From assembly GCA_044239355.1 (NCBI GenBank), contig JBIIBO010000006.1, positions 18,311-82,310 on the forward strand: a stretch of 64,000 nucleotides of DNA, read 5' to 3'. A program made the position numbers and the translations under genes. The DNA is from Ilumatobacteraceae bacterium. Its GTDB lineage: Bacteria > Actinomycetota > Acidimicrobiia > Acidimicrobiales > Ilumatobacteraceae. Under the pieces are notes generated by a model. That model saw nothing but the letters and a program-made list of their open reading frames with translations. It did no database searches and had not been told where the DNA came from. Shown one piece after another: positions 47,654-57,188 of this stretch; the stretch's first letter is position 1; every line of letters starts with the position of its first letter.

Positions 47654-49330
47654 TTACCTCGACAACGGCTTGTACTTGATGCGGTGTGGTTGTTCAGCCG
47701 CTGATCCCAACTCTTTACGACGCCATGCTTCGTATTCGGTGAAGTTGCCTTCAAACCATCGCACTTGGCTGTCGCCTTCAAACGCAAGCACGTGCGTTGC
47801 GATGCGGTCAAGGAACCAACGGTCGTGGCTAATCACCACTGCGCAACCGGGGAATGCTTCCAAGGCATCTTCTAGTGCGCGAAGAGTGTCCACGTCTAAG
47901 TCGTTTGTGGGTTCGTCAAGAAGCAATACGTTGCCGCCACGCTTGAGAACTTTGGCTAAATGCACTCTGTTGCGTTCGCCACCAGAGAGATCGCCGACAA
48001 GTTTTTGTTGGTCTGCACCTTTGAAGTTAAAACTCGCCACGTATGCGCGTCCGTGAATCTCACGGTTGCCCACCTTCATGTGTTCCACACCTTCGGTGAT
48101 TTCTTCGTACACAGTTTTTGTGGCATCTAGCGAGTCGCGATTTTGGTCGACGTAACTCAATTGCACAGTGTCACCCACTGAGACGGTTCCAGAATCAGGA
48201 GCCTGTTGGCCGGTGAGCATGGCAAACAACGTGGACTTACCCGCACCGTTGGGACCAATGATGCCCACAATTCCTGCAGGAGGTAGTGCAAAAGACAAGT
48301 TTTCAATCAGCAAGCGATCTCCGAAACCTTTCGAGAGGTTTTCGACGTTGATGACATTGTCGCCAAGGCGAGGGCCTGCTGGAATGTTGATTTCCAACTT
48401 GTCTGGTCCACGCTCTGCGGCAAGTGCTTCTGCATGCAACTTGTCATAAGCAGACAAGCGCGCCTTACCTTTTGCTTGTCGCGCCTTTGGCGACATCTTG
48501 ACCCATTCAAGTTCGCGTTGCAGGGTGCGCGCACGATTGTCGCTCTGTTTTTCTTCTGCAGCGAGACGAGTTTGCTTTTGTTCCAACCACGAGGAGTAAT
48601 TACCTTCAAAGGGAAATCCACGTCCTCGGTCGAGTTCCAAAATCCATTTGGCGACATTGTCCAAGAAGTAACGGTCGTGGGTAATCGCCACAACAGTGCC
48701 TGGGTATTCGGAGAGGAATCTTTCTAACCAGTCAACGCTCTCTGCGTCTAAGTGGTTAGTGGGTTCGTCCAATAGCAACAGGTCTGGGCGAGACAGTAGT
48801 AGTCGACACAGCGCAACGCGGCGACGTTCACCACCAGACAATGTGGTCACGTCTGCGTCGTTGGGCGGGCAACGCAAGGCATCCATGGCGATTTCGACGT
48901 TGCGGTCCAAACTCCATGCATCCATCGCTGCGATTTTGTCTTCAAGTTCTGCTTGAAGGGCGCCCACCTTTTCATAATCTGCATCGGGGTCACCCCACAT
49001 CGCCATCACTTCGTCGTAGCGGGTGAGCACGTCACGGATCGGGGCAACGCCGTCCATTACATTGCCCAACACATCTTTTGTGGGGTCAAGTTGAGGCTCT
49101 TGTTCCAAGAGGCCAACCGAAAACCCTGGGGTCAGGCGTGCCTCGCCGGTGTAGCCGTCATCGAGACCGGCCATGATGCGCAGCAAACTCGACTTACCGC
49201 TTCCGTTGGAGCCGATAACGCCAATTTTTGCCCCGGGGTAAAAAGAGAGCGAAATGTTCTCCAAAATGGTGCGATCTGGAGGATAAAAGCGGGCCAGTTT
49301 GTAACAGGTATAGATGAACTCGTGAGCCAT
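47654..49330 (-). CDS. ettA: energy-dependent translational throttle protein EttA (ABC-F)
   Basis: N-terminus MAHEFIYTCYKLARFYPPDR, two ABC cassettes (GSNGSGKSS, GPNGAGKST; LSGGERRR, LSGGERNR). Trimmed to ATG 49330. Confidence 0.9.
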   Translation of the reverse strand: MAHEFIYTCYKLARFYPPDRTILENISLSFYPGAKIGVIGSNGSGKSSLLRIMAGLDDGYTGEARLTPGFSVGLLEQEPQLDPTKDVLGNVMDGVAPIRDVLTRYDEVMAMWGDPDADYEKVGALQAELEDKIAAMDAWSLDRNVEIAMDALRCPPNDADVTTLSGGERRRVALCRLLLSRPDLLLLDEPTNHLDAESVDWLERFLSEYPGTVVAITHDRYFLDNVAKWILELDRGRGFPFEGNYSSWLEQKQTRLAAEEKQSDNRARTLQRELEWVKMSPKARQAKGKARLSAYDKLHAEALAAERGPDKLEINIPAGPRLGDNVINVENLSKGFGDRLLIENLSFALPPAGIVGIIGPNGAGKSTLFAMLTGQQAPDSGTVSVGDTVQLSYVDQNRDSLDATKTVYEEITEGVEHMKVGNREIHGRAYVASFNFKGADQQKLVGDLSGGERNRVHLAKVLKRGGNVLLLDEPTNDLDVDTLRALEDALEAFPGCAVVISHDRWFLDRIATHVLAFEGDSQVRWFEGNFTEYEAWRRKELGSAAEQPHRIKYKPLSR

Positions 49331-49437
49331 GATTCCCTTGAGGTTAGTTCGGCTAGCCATATTCCACCCTTCCCGTGCTGCGGGCGGGTAACTTGACCTT
49401 GTCGTCCCATCGGGCGCTCACACAAGGGGAACATCTC

Positions 49438-50208
49438 ATGCTGTCAGCACTATTTGACCAAGCTGCTCTACATAACTTCTGGTTTAGGTACCTTCACGTC
49501 CTTGCCGGTATTGCCTGGATTGGCTTGCTGTACTACTTCAACTTCGTACAAGTCCCAGGTCTTGCCGCCTATGGCGATGAGGGCAAAGCTCGAAACATCA
49601 CCATTACTCAGATCGCAACTCGCGCTTTGTGGTGGTTCCGCTGGGCTTCCATTGCCACATTGGCAACCGGACTCCTCATCATTGGTGTTCTGCCCGAGTA
49701 CATGGAAAATTTCATGAATCATGAAGGCCAAGTTGGCGCAAACGCAAAGAACGTTGCAATCACCATTGGAATGATCTTGGGTATCACCATGGCAGCAAAC
49801 GTATGGATGATCATCTGGAAGAACCAGAAGGTTGTTATTGCTAATGCCACCAACGTGCTCAACGGCCAAGAAGCCGACCCAAATGCAGCAACATCCGGTC
49901 GTCGTGCATTGCTTGCATCACGTCAGAACATGATCTTTTCAGTGTCAATGTTGTTCTTCATGGTGGGCGCAGCGCACTATTACGATTCATACTTCGTAGC
50001 GAGCCGCAGTGAGGCATACACCTTGTTGCTGATTGCGGTTGTCATTGGCGCATTGTTACAAATGAACGCATTGGGAATCTTTGGTGGCATCAAGGCCGGC
50101 AACAAAATGCTCTGGCCATACGAGTCACACAAAAATGCCATCATCACTTCGGTGGTGTTGTTTGTGGTGCTGTTTGTTGCATCCACCCTCACATTGGGTC
50201 TCGTGTAA
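49438..50208 (+). CDS. polytopic membrane protein, PuuD/urate-hydroxylase N-terminal-domain-like
   Basis: Motif YLHVLAGIAWIGLLYYFNFVQVP with about 6 TM segments. AAGGGGA lies 8 nt upstream of ATG 49438. The family call is from memory. Confidence 0.5.
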   Translation: MLSALFDQAALHNFWFRYLHVLAGIAWIGLLYYFNFVQVPGLAAYGDEGKARNITITQIATRALWWFRWASIATLATGLLIIGVLPEYMENFMNHEGQVGANAKNVAITIGMILGITMAANVWMIIWKNQKVVIANATNVLNGQEADPNAATSGRRALLASRQNMIFSVSMLFFMVGAAHYYDSYFVASRSEAYTLLLIAVVIGALLQMNALGIFGGIKAGNKMLWPYESHKNAIITSVVLFVVLFVASTLTLGLV

Positions 50209-50232
50209 CTCACGCCTCGACGTAAAGATATA

Positions 50233-50271
50233 AAAAATGGGCCACCCTTTGCGGGGTGGCCCATTTTTATT
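50233..50271. terminator. bidirectional intrinsic terminator
   Basis: Stem AAAAATGGGCCACCC (50233..50247) pairs with GGGTGGCCCATTTTT (50254..50268) around the loop TTTGCG. An A-tract lies upstream and a T-tract downstream. It sits between two convergent genes. Confidence 0.75.
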
Positions 50272-50282
50272 TACGAGAAGAG

Positions 50283-50660
50283 TTATTCAACAGTGAGTAC
50301 TGCACGCATGTTGCTGTGTCCGGGCACATCGCAAATCACTTCGTAGGTGCCGGCTTCAAGGTTGACCACAGCTGAATCAATGCTTCCTTTTTTGGGAACT
50401 TCTAATTTGAAGTTAGGCACCTTGACGCCATCTTTGGCCAAAATCAAGGTGTGGCGTACCGAATCTTCATTCAGGTAGCCGAATTGGACGTCGCCTGCAG
50501 CAATGGGGCCGTAGGTCTCAGCGTCAAACTTCAAACCAGCTACTGCTGTGACCACGAATGCATCAGCGGGCAATGTTGCCGCAGGTGCATTGGTGCTTGA
50601 TCCACCACAGGCAGACAGGGCGAGACCGACAACGGCCAGGAGAGGGAGAGTGCGCTTCAT
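50283..50660 (-). CDS. cupredoxin (plastocyanin/azurin-like blue copper) lipoprotein
   Basis: Lipobox LALSACGG and C-terminal Cu ligands C-DVPGH-SNM (ICDVPGHSNMRAVLTV). Trimmed to ATG 50660. Confidence 0.75.
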   Translation of the reverse strand: MKRTLPLLAVVGLALSACGGSSTNAPAATLPADAFVVTAVAGLKFDAETYGPIAAGDVQFGYLNEDSVRHTLILAKDGVKVPNFKLEVPKKGSIDSAVVNLEAGTYEVICDVPGHSNMRAVLTVE

Positions 50661-50802
50661 GAGACTGAATTTACTCCCCAATTGGGAGGAAAGAGTCTCG
50701 GCTCAACCATGTGGGGAAGTACCATTTGTCACGCGGACAACGTCGTCCGCGGTGCCTCACAGCACCCCATAGCTCCCCGGGGCAAGAATCTAAGGCAAGA
50801 AC

Positions 50803-53800
50803 ATGGCTGACTTAGCGGACCGCACGCAAGACTTCGGCGCCAACTCGTGGTTGGTCGAAGAGATGTACGAGCAATTTCGCACTGATCCACAGTCGGTCAG
50901 TGAGGCATGGAGAGAGTTCTTTAGTGACTATCGCTCTCAGAATCCGAATCTTGCCACACCTTCTGCGCCTGTTGTTGACCACACTCCAGCCCCAGCAGTG
51001 GCGCCGTCTGCGTCCACAAATGGTGCAACACCCGCCACGTCACCGTCTACTCCTGTTGCCAGTACTCCTTTAGCCGTCGATGGAGAGCCCATCCGTGGAG
51101 TAGGTGCTGCAATTGTCACCAACATGGAAAAGAGCCTGTCGGTTCCTACTGCTACATCTTTCCGCAATGTTCCTGCGCGTTTGTTGGAAGTCAACCGCAA
51201 GCAAATTAATGATTACCGTTCACGCCATGGCATGAGCAAAGTGTCATTCACTCACATCATTGCCTATGCAATTGTGCGTGCAATCGCTGATGCAGTTCCC
51301 AACATGAAGAATGGTTATGCAACAGATAGTGCTGGCAAGCCGTTGCTGGTGCGCAACCCGAATGTGAATGTGGGACTTGCTGTTGACGTGGACAAAGGCG
51401 ATGGTTCTCGAAATCTCGTCGTTCCGGTTTTGCGAGATGCCGACACCATGGACTTTTCTGGATTCCTGGTTGCCTATGACGAAATTATTCGCAAGGTAAA
51501 AGCAAACAAACTCACCATCGCAGATTTCCAAGGTGCGAATGTGTCGATTACAAACCCTGGAACCATCGGCACGGTGCAATCCGTGCCTCGATTAATGCCA
51601 GGACAAGGCGTGATCGTGGGTGTGGGATCTATTGATTATCCGGCCGAGTTTCAAGGAACTGATGAAACCAACTTGAACACATTGGGTGTGTCGAAGGTTG
51701 TGACGATTACAAGCACATATGACCACCGCATTATTCAAGGTGCAGAAAGCGGCTTGTTCTTAAAGCGAGTACATGAGTTATTGCTTGGCAACCATGGTTT
51801 TTATGATTCGTTGTTCCGTGGATTAGAGATTCCATACCAGGCTGTGCAGTGGGCATCTGACGTAGCTCCGTTGAATCGTGAAGAGACAATGATGCACAAG
51901 CAGATGCAAGTGAGTTTGCTTGTGCGTTCACATCGTGTGCGCGGACATCTCATTGCCGACATTGATCCGCTTCGTTGGAAAGAACCTCGCTTGCCGCGCG
52001 AACTTGATCCTGCTAACTATGGCCTCACGATCTGGGACCTAGAGCGCGAGTTTCTCACTGGTGGTGTTGCTGGCAGCACCAAAATGAAATTGGATGACCT
52101 TTTGGGTGTATTGCGCGATGCGTACTGCCGCACAATTGGCGTGGAGTACATGCACATCCAAGACACCGATGAACAACGATGGATTCAGTCAAAAATGGAA
52201 GGCGCAACTTTCACGCCAACACTGGATGAGAAGTTGCGCATTTTGGAACGCGTGAATGCAGCCGAAGCTTTTGAGAAGTTTCTTGCGACAAAGTATGTAG
52301 GCACCAAGCGTTTTGGTCTTGAAGGTGCCGAATCAATGATTCCCATCATTGACCGTATTGTGAGTTCAGCAGCAGATGATGGCATGCATGGAATCGTGTT
52401 TGGTATGCCACACCGTGGCCGCTTGAACGTTTTAGTCAATGTGATGGGCAAGGATTACGCCCAATTGTTCAAAGAGTTTGAAGGTCACGTCAGCCCTGAT
52501 TCAGTACAAGGAAGTGGCGACGTGAAGTATCACCTTGGTGCCAAAGGTGTGTATCACTCAGCAACTGGCGCAAGTATCGACGTTGAACTGGCAGCAAACC
52601 CAAGCCATCTTGAAACTGTCAACGGTGTTGTTCTTGGAATGGTGCGTGCAAAGCAAGACGCTATTCAACCGCCAATGCTCTACAGCGTGATTCCGATTCT
52701 GATGCATGGTGATGCGGCTTTTGCAGGACAAGGGATTGTCTATGAAGGTCTTGCAATGAGCGACACCAGTGGGTATCGCGTGGGTGGAACCATTCACCTT
52801 GTTGTGAACAACCAGATTGGATTCACCACCTCACCACAGTTTGCTCGTTCTTCGTTGTATGCAACAGATGTTGCAAAGACAGTGCAAGCACCCATCTTCC
52901 ATGTCAATGGTGACGATCCGGAAGCGTGTGCACGTGTGGCGCAATTGGCGTACGAGTATCGCCAAAAATTCCACAAGGACGTAGTTATCGACATGGTGTG
53001 CTACCGATTGCACGGCCACAACGAAGGTGACGATCCCAGCTACACCCAGCCCTTGATGTACAAAGCAATTGCTGAGAAGCGCAGTGTGCGCAAACTCTAT
53101 GTTGAACAATTGGTCAAGCGTGGCGACATCAGCTTGGAAGTTGCCGAGCAAGCTCTTCTTGATTATCAAGGCAAATTGCAAGTAGCACTCGACGACACAC
53201 GTCAAAATGCGCCGGGCAATGTGAAAGCTGCAAAACCACCAGCACCTATCGGGGTGTTGCCCCATGTGGATACCAGCATCAACAAAGAGACAGTTGAGCG
53301 CATTTTCTATCAACTCACCAATTATCCAGAGGGCTTCCATCCTCATCCTAAGTTGGTGCGTCAGTTTGAAGCTCGTCAAAAGGCCTATGAAACAGATGGC
53401 GACTTTGAATGGGGCGTAGGTGAAGCGCTCGCATTTGGTTCACTACTGATCGAAGGCTTTGATGTGCGTCTTGCGGGAGAAGATTCTCGTCGTGGAACTT
53501 TCAGTCATCGTCATGCATCATTAGTAGACGTCGAGACCGAAGAGACATTCCTTCCTTTGCGTGGTGTTCCAGGCATTAGTGGAAATTTCTGGGTCTATGA
53601 CTCGTTGCTGAGCGAATACGCGGCGTTGGGTTTTGAATACGGCTATGCACACTGCAACCGCAATGCGTTGGTGATGTGGGAAGGTCAATTCGGTGACTTT
53701 GTCAACGGTGCACAAATCGTGATTGACCAATACATCGTGGCTGCCGAGGACAAGTGGAAACAAGCCAATGGTCTTGTGATGTTGTTGCCTCACGGCTTTG

Positions 53801-54432
53801 AGGGCCAAGGCCCTGAGCACTCAAGCGCGCGTATTGAGCGTTTCTTGCAGATGTGTGCTGAAGACAACATTCAAGTGGTGAATGCAACTACTGCTGCACA
53901 GTATTTCCATGTCTTGCGACGTCAATTAATTCGTGATGTACGTAAGCCATTGGTGATTTTCACACCAAAGCAACCTTTGCGTATGAAGGAGAGCCGTTCA
54001 CACATCAATGAATTCACATCAGGATCTTTCCAAGAGGTTCTCGATGATCCATTCGTGACTGACAAGTCCGCTGTGAAGCGCATTGTGATGTGTAGTGGAA
54101 AAGTTGCATGGGATGCGATGAATGAGCGAGTGAAGCGCAATGCACCTGTTGCGGTCATACGCGTGGAACAGCTGTATCCATTCCCGCTTGACCAGATCAA
54201 CGAGTTGCTCACCAGCTATCCCAACGCTCGCGAAATTGTGTGGCTCCAAGAGGAGCCAGAAAACATGGGCCCTTGGAATTTCGTGGAACATCTCATCTGG
54301 CGTGTGAAAGATCGCGGTTATGACCTTCGCCATGCAGCACGAGTTGCATCGGGAAGTCCAGCGACTGGATCCAAAGCAATTCACGATCAAGAGCACGCAG
54401 ACCTTATGGACGATACGTTCCTTGGTCTGTAG
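50803..54432 (+). CDS. kgd: multifunctional 2-oxoglutarate metabolism enzyme (E1o fused to an E2-like succinyltransferase domain)
   Basis: 1209 aa. N-terminus FGANSWLVEEMYEQFRTDPQSV, an Ala/Pro linker, an acyltransferase domain (TYDHRIIQGAESG), then a ThDP E1o domain. Confidence 0.9.
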   Translation: MADLADRTQDFGANSWLVEEMYEQFRTDPQSVSEAWREFFSDYRSQNPNLATPSAPVVDHTPAPAVAPSASTNGATPATSPSTPVASTPLAVDGEPIRGVGAAIVTNMEKSLSVPTATSFRNVPARLLEVNRKQINDYRSRHGMSKVSFTHIIAYAIVRAIADAVPNMKNGYATDSAGKPLLVRNPNVNVGLAVDVDKGDGSRNLVVPVLRDADTMDFSGFLVAYDEIIRKVKANKLTIADFQGANVSITNPGTIGTVQSVPRLMPGQGVIVGVGSIDYPAEFQGTDETNLNTLGVSKVVTITSTYDHRIIQGAESGLFLKRVHELLLGNHGFYDSLFRGLEIPYQAVQWASDVAPLNREETMMHKQMQVSLLVRSHRVRGHLIADIDPLRWKEPRLPRELDPANYGLTIWDLEREFLTGGVAGSTKMKLDDLLGVLRDAYCRTIGVEYMHIQDTDEQRWIQSKMEGATFTPTLDEKLRILERVNAAEAFEKFLATKYVGTKRFGLEGAESMIPIIDRIVSSAADDGMHGIVFGMPHRGRLNVLVNVMGKDYAQLFKEFEGHVSPDSVQGSGDVKYHLGAKGVYHSATGASIDVELAANPSHLETVNGVVLGMVRAKQDAIQPPMLYSVIPILMHGDAAFAGQGIVYEGLAMSDTSGYRVGGTIHLVVNNQIGFTTSPQFARSSLYATDVAKTVQAPIFHVNGDDPEACARVAQLAYEYRQKFHKDVVIDMVCYRLHGHNEGDDPSYTQPLMYKAIAEKRSVRKLYVEQLVKRGDISLEVAEQALLDYQGKLQVALDDTRQNAPGNVKAAKPPAPIGVLPHVDTSINKETVERIFYQLTNYPEGFHPHPKLVRQFEARQKAYETDGDFEWGVGEALAFGSLLIEGFDVRLAGEDSRRGTFSHRHASLVDVETEETFLPLRGVPGISGNFWVYDSLLSEYAALGFEYGYAHCNRNALVMWEGQFGDFVNGAQIVIDQYIVAAEDKWKQANGLVMLLPHGFEGQGPEHSSARIERFLQMCAEDNIQVVNATTAAQYFHVLRRQLIRDVRKPLVIFTPKQPLRMKESRSHINEFTSGSFQEVLDDPFVTDKSAVKRIVMCSGKVAWDAMNERVKRNAPVAVIRVEQLYPFPLDQINELLTSYPNAREIVWLQEEPENMGPWNFVEHLIWRVKDRGYDLRHAARVASGSPATGSKAIHDQEHADLMDDTFLGL

Positions 54433-54444
54433 TCCTCTACAGAA

Positions 54445-55089
54445 TTAGATCAACGCAAGATCAAGGTGCCCAGATAATTCATTGAGTGCATCTATGGGAT
54501 GAACCACTTTGATTGTGCGCATGCCCATTGCGGCTGCTGGTTTGAGGTTGATTCCAAGATCATCGAGGAACACACATTCAGTGGGCTCCACTTGAAGAAG
54601 TTCACAAGCTATTTCATAGAACCGTGGTTCTGGTTTACGACAACCCACTTTGCTGCTCTCCACCACATGGTGAAACTTGTCCATGATGAGAGCAACCTCG
54701 CGTTGTCGAGGTGTGGGTTCTGGAGATTGAGTGACCACATTGTTGGTCAGGCAGGCGGTGAGATAGCCCGCTGCAATAACTGCATCGAGAGCAGCGACCA
54801 TTGCGGGGCGTACGTCGCCTGAGAGCAATGCCAAAATGTCCCCCCCGGCAATGCGATGTCCAAGACGTTCACTCTCTGTTGCAAACAACTCATCAAACTG
54901 TTGTGGGGTGATGTCGTTACGTTCCAATTGGGCCCATGCATTGGAATGAGGGTCTCGGGAATTGACCCCCCGAATGAAGTCTTGAGGGAGGCCATTGCGA
55001 GCCTCATAGGCGTTGAATGCTTCGAAGGGGCTGGACAAAATAACCCCGCCAAAGTCCCATAAGACGGCTCGAATTGCGTGCTGTGTCAT
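54445..55089 (-). CDS. HAD-superfamily hydrolase
   Basis: Motif I VLWDFGGVI and a C-terminal FLDDLGINL motif. Confidence 0.8.
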   Translation of the reverse strand: MTQHAIRAVLWDFGGVILSSPFEAFNAYEARNGLPQDFIRGVNSRDPHSNAWAQLERNDITPQQFDELFATESERLGHRIAGGDILALLSGDVRPAMVAALDAVIAAGYLTACLTNNVVTQSPEPTPRQREVALIMDKFHHVVESSKVGCRKPEPRFYEIACELLQVEPTECVFLDDLGINLKPAAAMGMRTIKVVHPIDALNELSGHLDLALI

Positions 55090-55172
55090 CTATTCGAGGC
55101 TACGAGGTGCTGATATGACCACCATGGTCGGATTGCCCCAGATTGAGGGCTTGGGGGTGCTTGACTAACTAG

Positions 55173-56360
55173 GTGAGCAAGCACATCATCGTTGACGGGT
55201 CAAATATCGCCACCGAAGGTCGAGCGGAGCCCAGCTTGGTTCAGCTGGATGAGGCTGTGAGCGCCTTGATGGCCGAATACAAAAATGCCAAGGTGACCGT
55301 CATTGTGGATGCAACCTTTGGGCATCGCATCGCTAAAAAAGAGCGCGCCGAGTTTGAAAAGGCCTTGGCAAATAACGAACTTGTGACTCCGCCGGCGGGT
55401 GCTGTGGGTCGTGGAGATGCATTCATTCTCGCGATCGCCGACAAAGTGAATGCCACTATTTTTTCTAATGACAGTTTTCAGGAATTTCATGGAAAATATA
55501 AATGGCTCTTTGACGAGGGTCGTCTTATTGGCGGCAAGCCCGTGCCGCTTGTGGGATGGGTGCTTGTTGAGCGTCTGCCTGTTCGGGGCCCCACGAGTCG
55601 TCGATCAGTAAAACACGGTGGCGTAGTTGCAAAAGCCTTGCCTGCGGCAAGTCCTGAGGCCAGCAAACCTATGCCTGTGCCTAAAACGCCGCCACCGAAT
55701 GCACGTCTTGCAAAGTCGGCACCAGCGGCAGCGAAACAGCAGGCATCAAATTCTTCAAAGGCGCCAGCTAGTACTAATAAAGCATCAACAACCATGGTCA
55801 ACGATCTCGTCTCTTTTTTGGAGTTCGTTGAGAAACATCCCGTGGGTGCAAAAGTGAAGGCAGTAGTGGAGACCTATGCAGCTAATGGTGTGTCGGTGCG
55901 AATCGGAAACATTGCGGGCTATGTGCCGTTGAAATACATGGCGACGCCAATCCCGCGCAGTGCACGAGATGTCTTTAAGTTGGGAGACCAGGTCTCATTA
56001 ATGGTGGCGGGATATTCTCCATCTCGTCGCAGTGTGGACTTGGGCGTTCCTGATGTGGTTGCTGTCAAGGTGGCAGAGTCGCTCCAGCAAGAGACAAAGA
56101 AAAAGTCGAAAAAATCTACAGCAGTGAAATCTGTGGCATCTGCAAAAACTGCAACCAAGAAGACAACGGTGCCGGCACGCAAGCAAGTCGTGGAAAAAGC
56201 ACCGGCGAAAAAGGCTGTTGCGAAAAAGTTAGTTGCCAAAAAAACAACAGTAAAAAAAGCTGTCGTCAAGAAATCTGCGGCACCACTCGTAAAGAAAACC
56301 GCACGTCCCGCTGCCAAAAAAGTGGCTCCCGTCAAGAAATCGTTGCCAAAAAAGAAATAG
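55173..56360 (+). CDS. NYN/Zc3h12a-like (PIN-fold) nuclease domain + S1-like domain + Lys/Ala-rich basic tail protein
   Basis: N-terminus HIIVDGSNIA...VIVDATF...GDAFILAIADK...IFSNDSFQEF. Middle region HPVGAKVKAVVETYAANGVSVRIG...GDQVSLMV (S1-like). The last roughly 90 aa are AKK/KKA repeats. Confidence 0.6.
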   Translation: MSKHIIVDGSNIATEGRAEPSLVQLDEAVSALMAEYKNAKVTVIVDATFGHRIAKKERAEFEKALANNELVTPPAGAVGRGDAFILAIADKVNATIFSNDSFQEFHGKYKWLFDEGRLIGGKPVPLVGWVLVERLPVRGPTSRRSVKHGGVVAKALPAASPEASKPMPVPKTPPPNARLAKSAPAAAKQQASNSSKAPASTNKASTTMVNDLVSFLEFVEKHPVGAKVKAVVETYAANGVSVRIGNIAGYVPLKYMATPIPRSARDVFKLGDQVSLMVAGYSPSRRSVDLGVPDVVAVKVAESLQQETKKKSKKSTAVKSVASAKTATKKTTVPARKQVVEKAPAKKAVAKKLVAKKTTVKKAVVKKSAAPLVKKTARPAAKKVAPVKKSLPKKK

Positions 56361-56405
56361 TTCTTCGTCTCGGGTTCTCACGAACTTGTTCGCGCCCGCT
56401 ACCGT

Positions 56406-57188
56406 TTGGGAGTGCTGTTTGTGACCTGGAACGTGAATTCTTTGAAAGCGCGATTACCTCGCGTGGAAGCCTGGCTCCAAGAGGTGCAACCCGATGTGGT
56501 GTGTATTCAAGAGACCAAATTGGCTCAGGAGAAATTTCCCACCGAGGCATTGTCTGCTCTGGGATATGAAAGTGCTCATTTTGGCCAAGGGCAATGGAAT
56601 GGTGTGGCGATTGTGTCCAAGGTGGGTCTCGATGATGTGATGATGAATTTTCATCCATCGGTGGAACAAGACCACGAAGCGCGCATTATCTCGGCAAAAT
56701 GTGGCGGGGTGCGAGTGAGTTCGGTCTATGTTCCCAATGGACGTTCGCTCGACCATGATCACTATCAATACAAACTTTCTTGGATGCAGCGATTACGCCA
56801 ACACCTTGATGCAACGTGTGCTCCAAGTGATGATGTGATTGTTGCAGGTGATTTCAATATTGCACCTGATGATCGAGACGTGTGGGACGTCACGCAGTTT
56901 GCAGAAGCCACTCATGTGAGCGTTCCAGAACGCGATGCACTGCGTCATGTGTGTGAATTCGGCATGGAAGATACCTTCAGGCGCTTTCACGATGATGCCG
57001 GTTTGTTTTCTTGGTGGGACTATCGAGGTGGAAGTTTCTACAAAGGCCATGGAATGCGGATAGATCTTTTGCTTGCAACCGGTCCTGTTGCCGCGCGTTC
57101 CACATGGACAACCGTTGATCGAAATGCACGAAAGGGTGAATCACCCAGTGATCATGCACCTGTGTTGTTGAAAGTTGAACCTCAGTGA
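56406..57188 (+). CDS. xthA: exodeoxyribonuclease III
   Basis: Motifs TWNVNSLKARL...PDVVCIQETK...GDFNIAP...SDHAPV. The start may be an internal GTG a few codons downstream. Confidence 0.9.
   Translation: MGVLFVTWNVNSLKARLPRVEAWLQEVQPDVVCIQETKLAQEKFPTEALSALGYESAHFGQGQWNGVAIVSKVGLDDVMMNFHPSVEQDHEARIISAKCGGVRVSSVYVPNGRSLDHDHYQYKLSWMQRLRQHLDATCAPSDDVIVAGDFNIAPDDRDVWDVTQFAEATHVSVPERDALRHVCEFGMEDTFRRFHDDAGLFSWWDYRGGSFYKGHGMRIDLLLATGPVAARSTWTTVDRNARKGESPSDHAPVLLKVEPQ

Noticed and set aside
50732-50751. 7-bp inverted repeat CGCGGAC-AACGTC-GTCCGCG in the kgd upstream region.
   Set aside because: The stem is short, no T-tract follows, and no conservation information is available. It could be chance in a 140-bp spacer.
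55115-55168. 17-codon uORF (MTTMVGLPQIEGLGVLD*) ending 4 nt before the NYN-S1 gene start.
   Set aside because: No SD, a very short peptide, and no recognisable attenuator structure. It is probably fortuitous.
56090-56360. Apparent repetitive DNA at the 3' end of the NYN-S1 gene.
   Set aside because: It is low-complexity coding sequence for AKK/KKA repeats, not an exact DNA tandem repeat or a CRISPR-like array.
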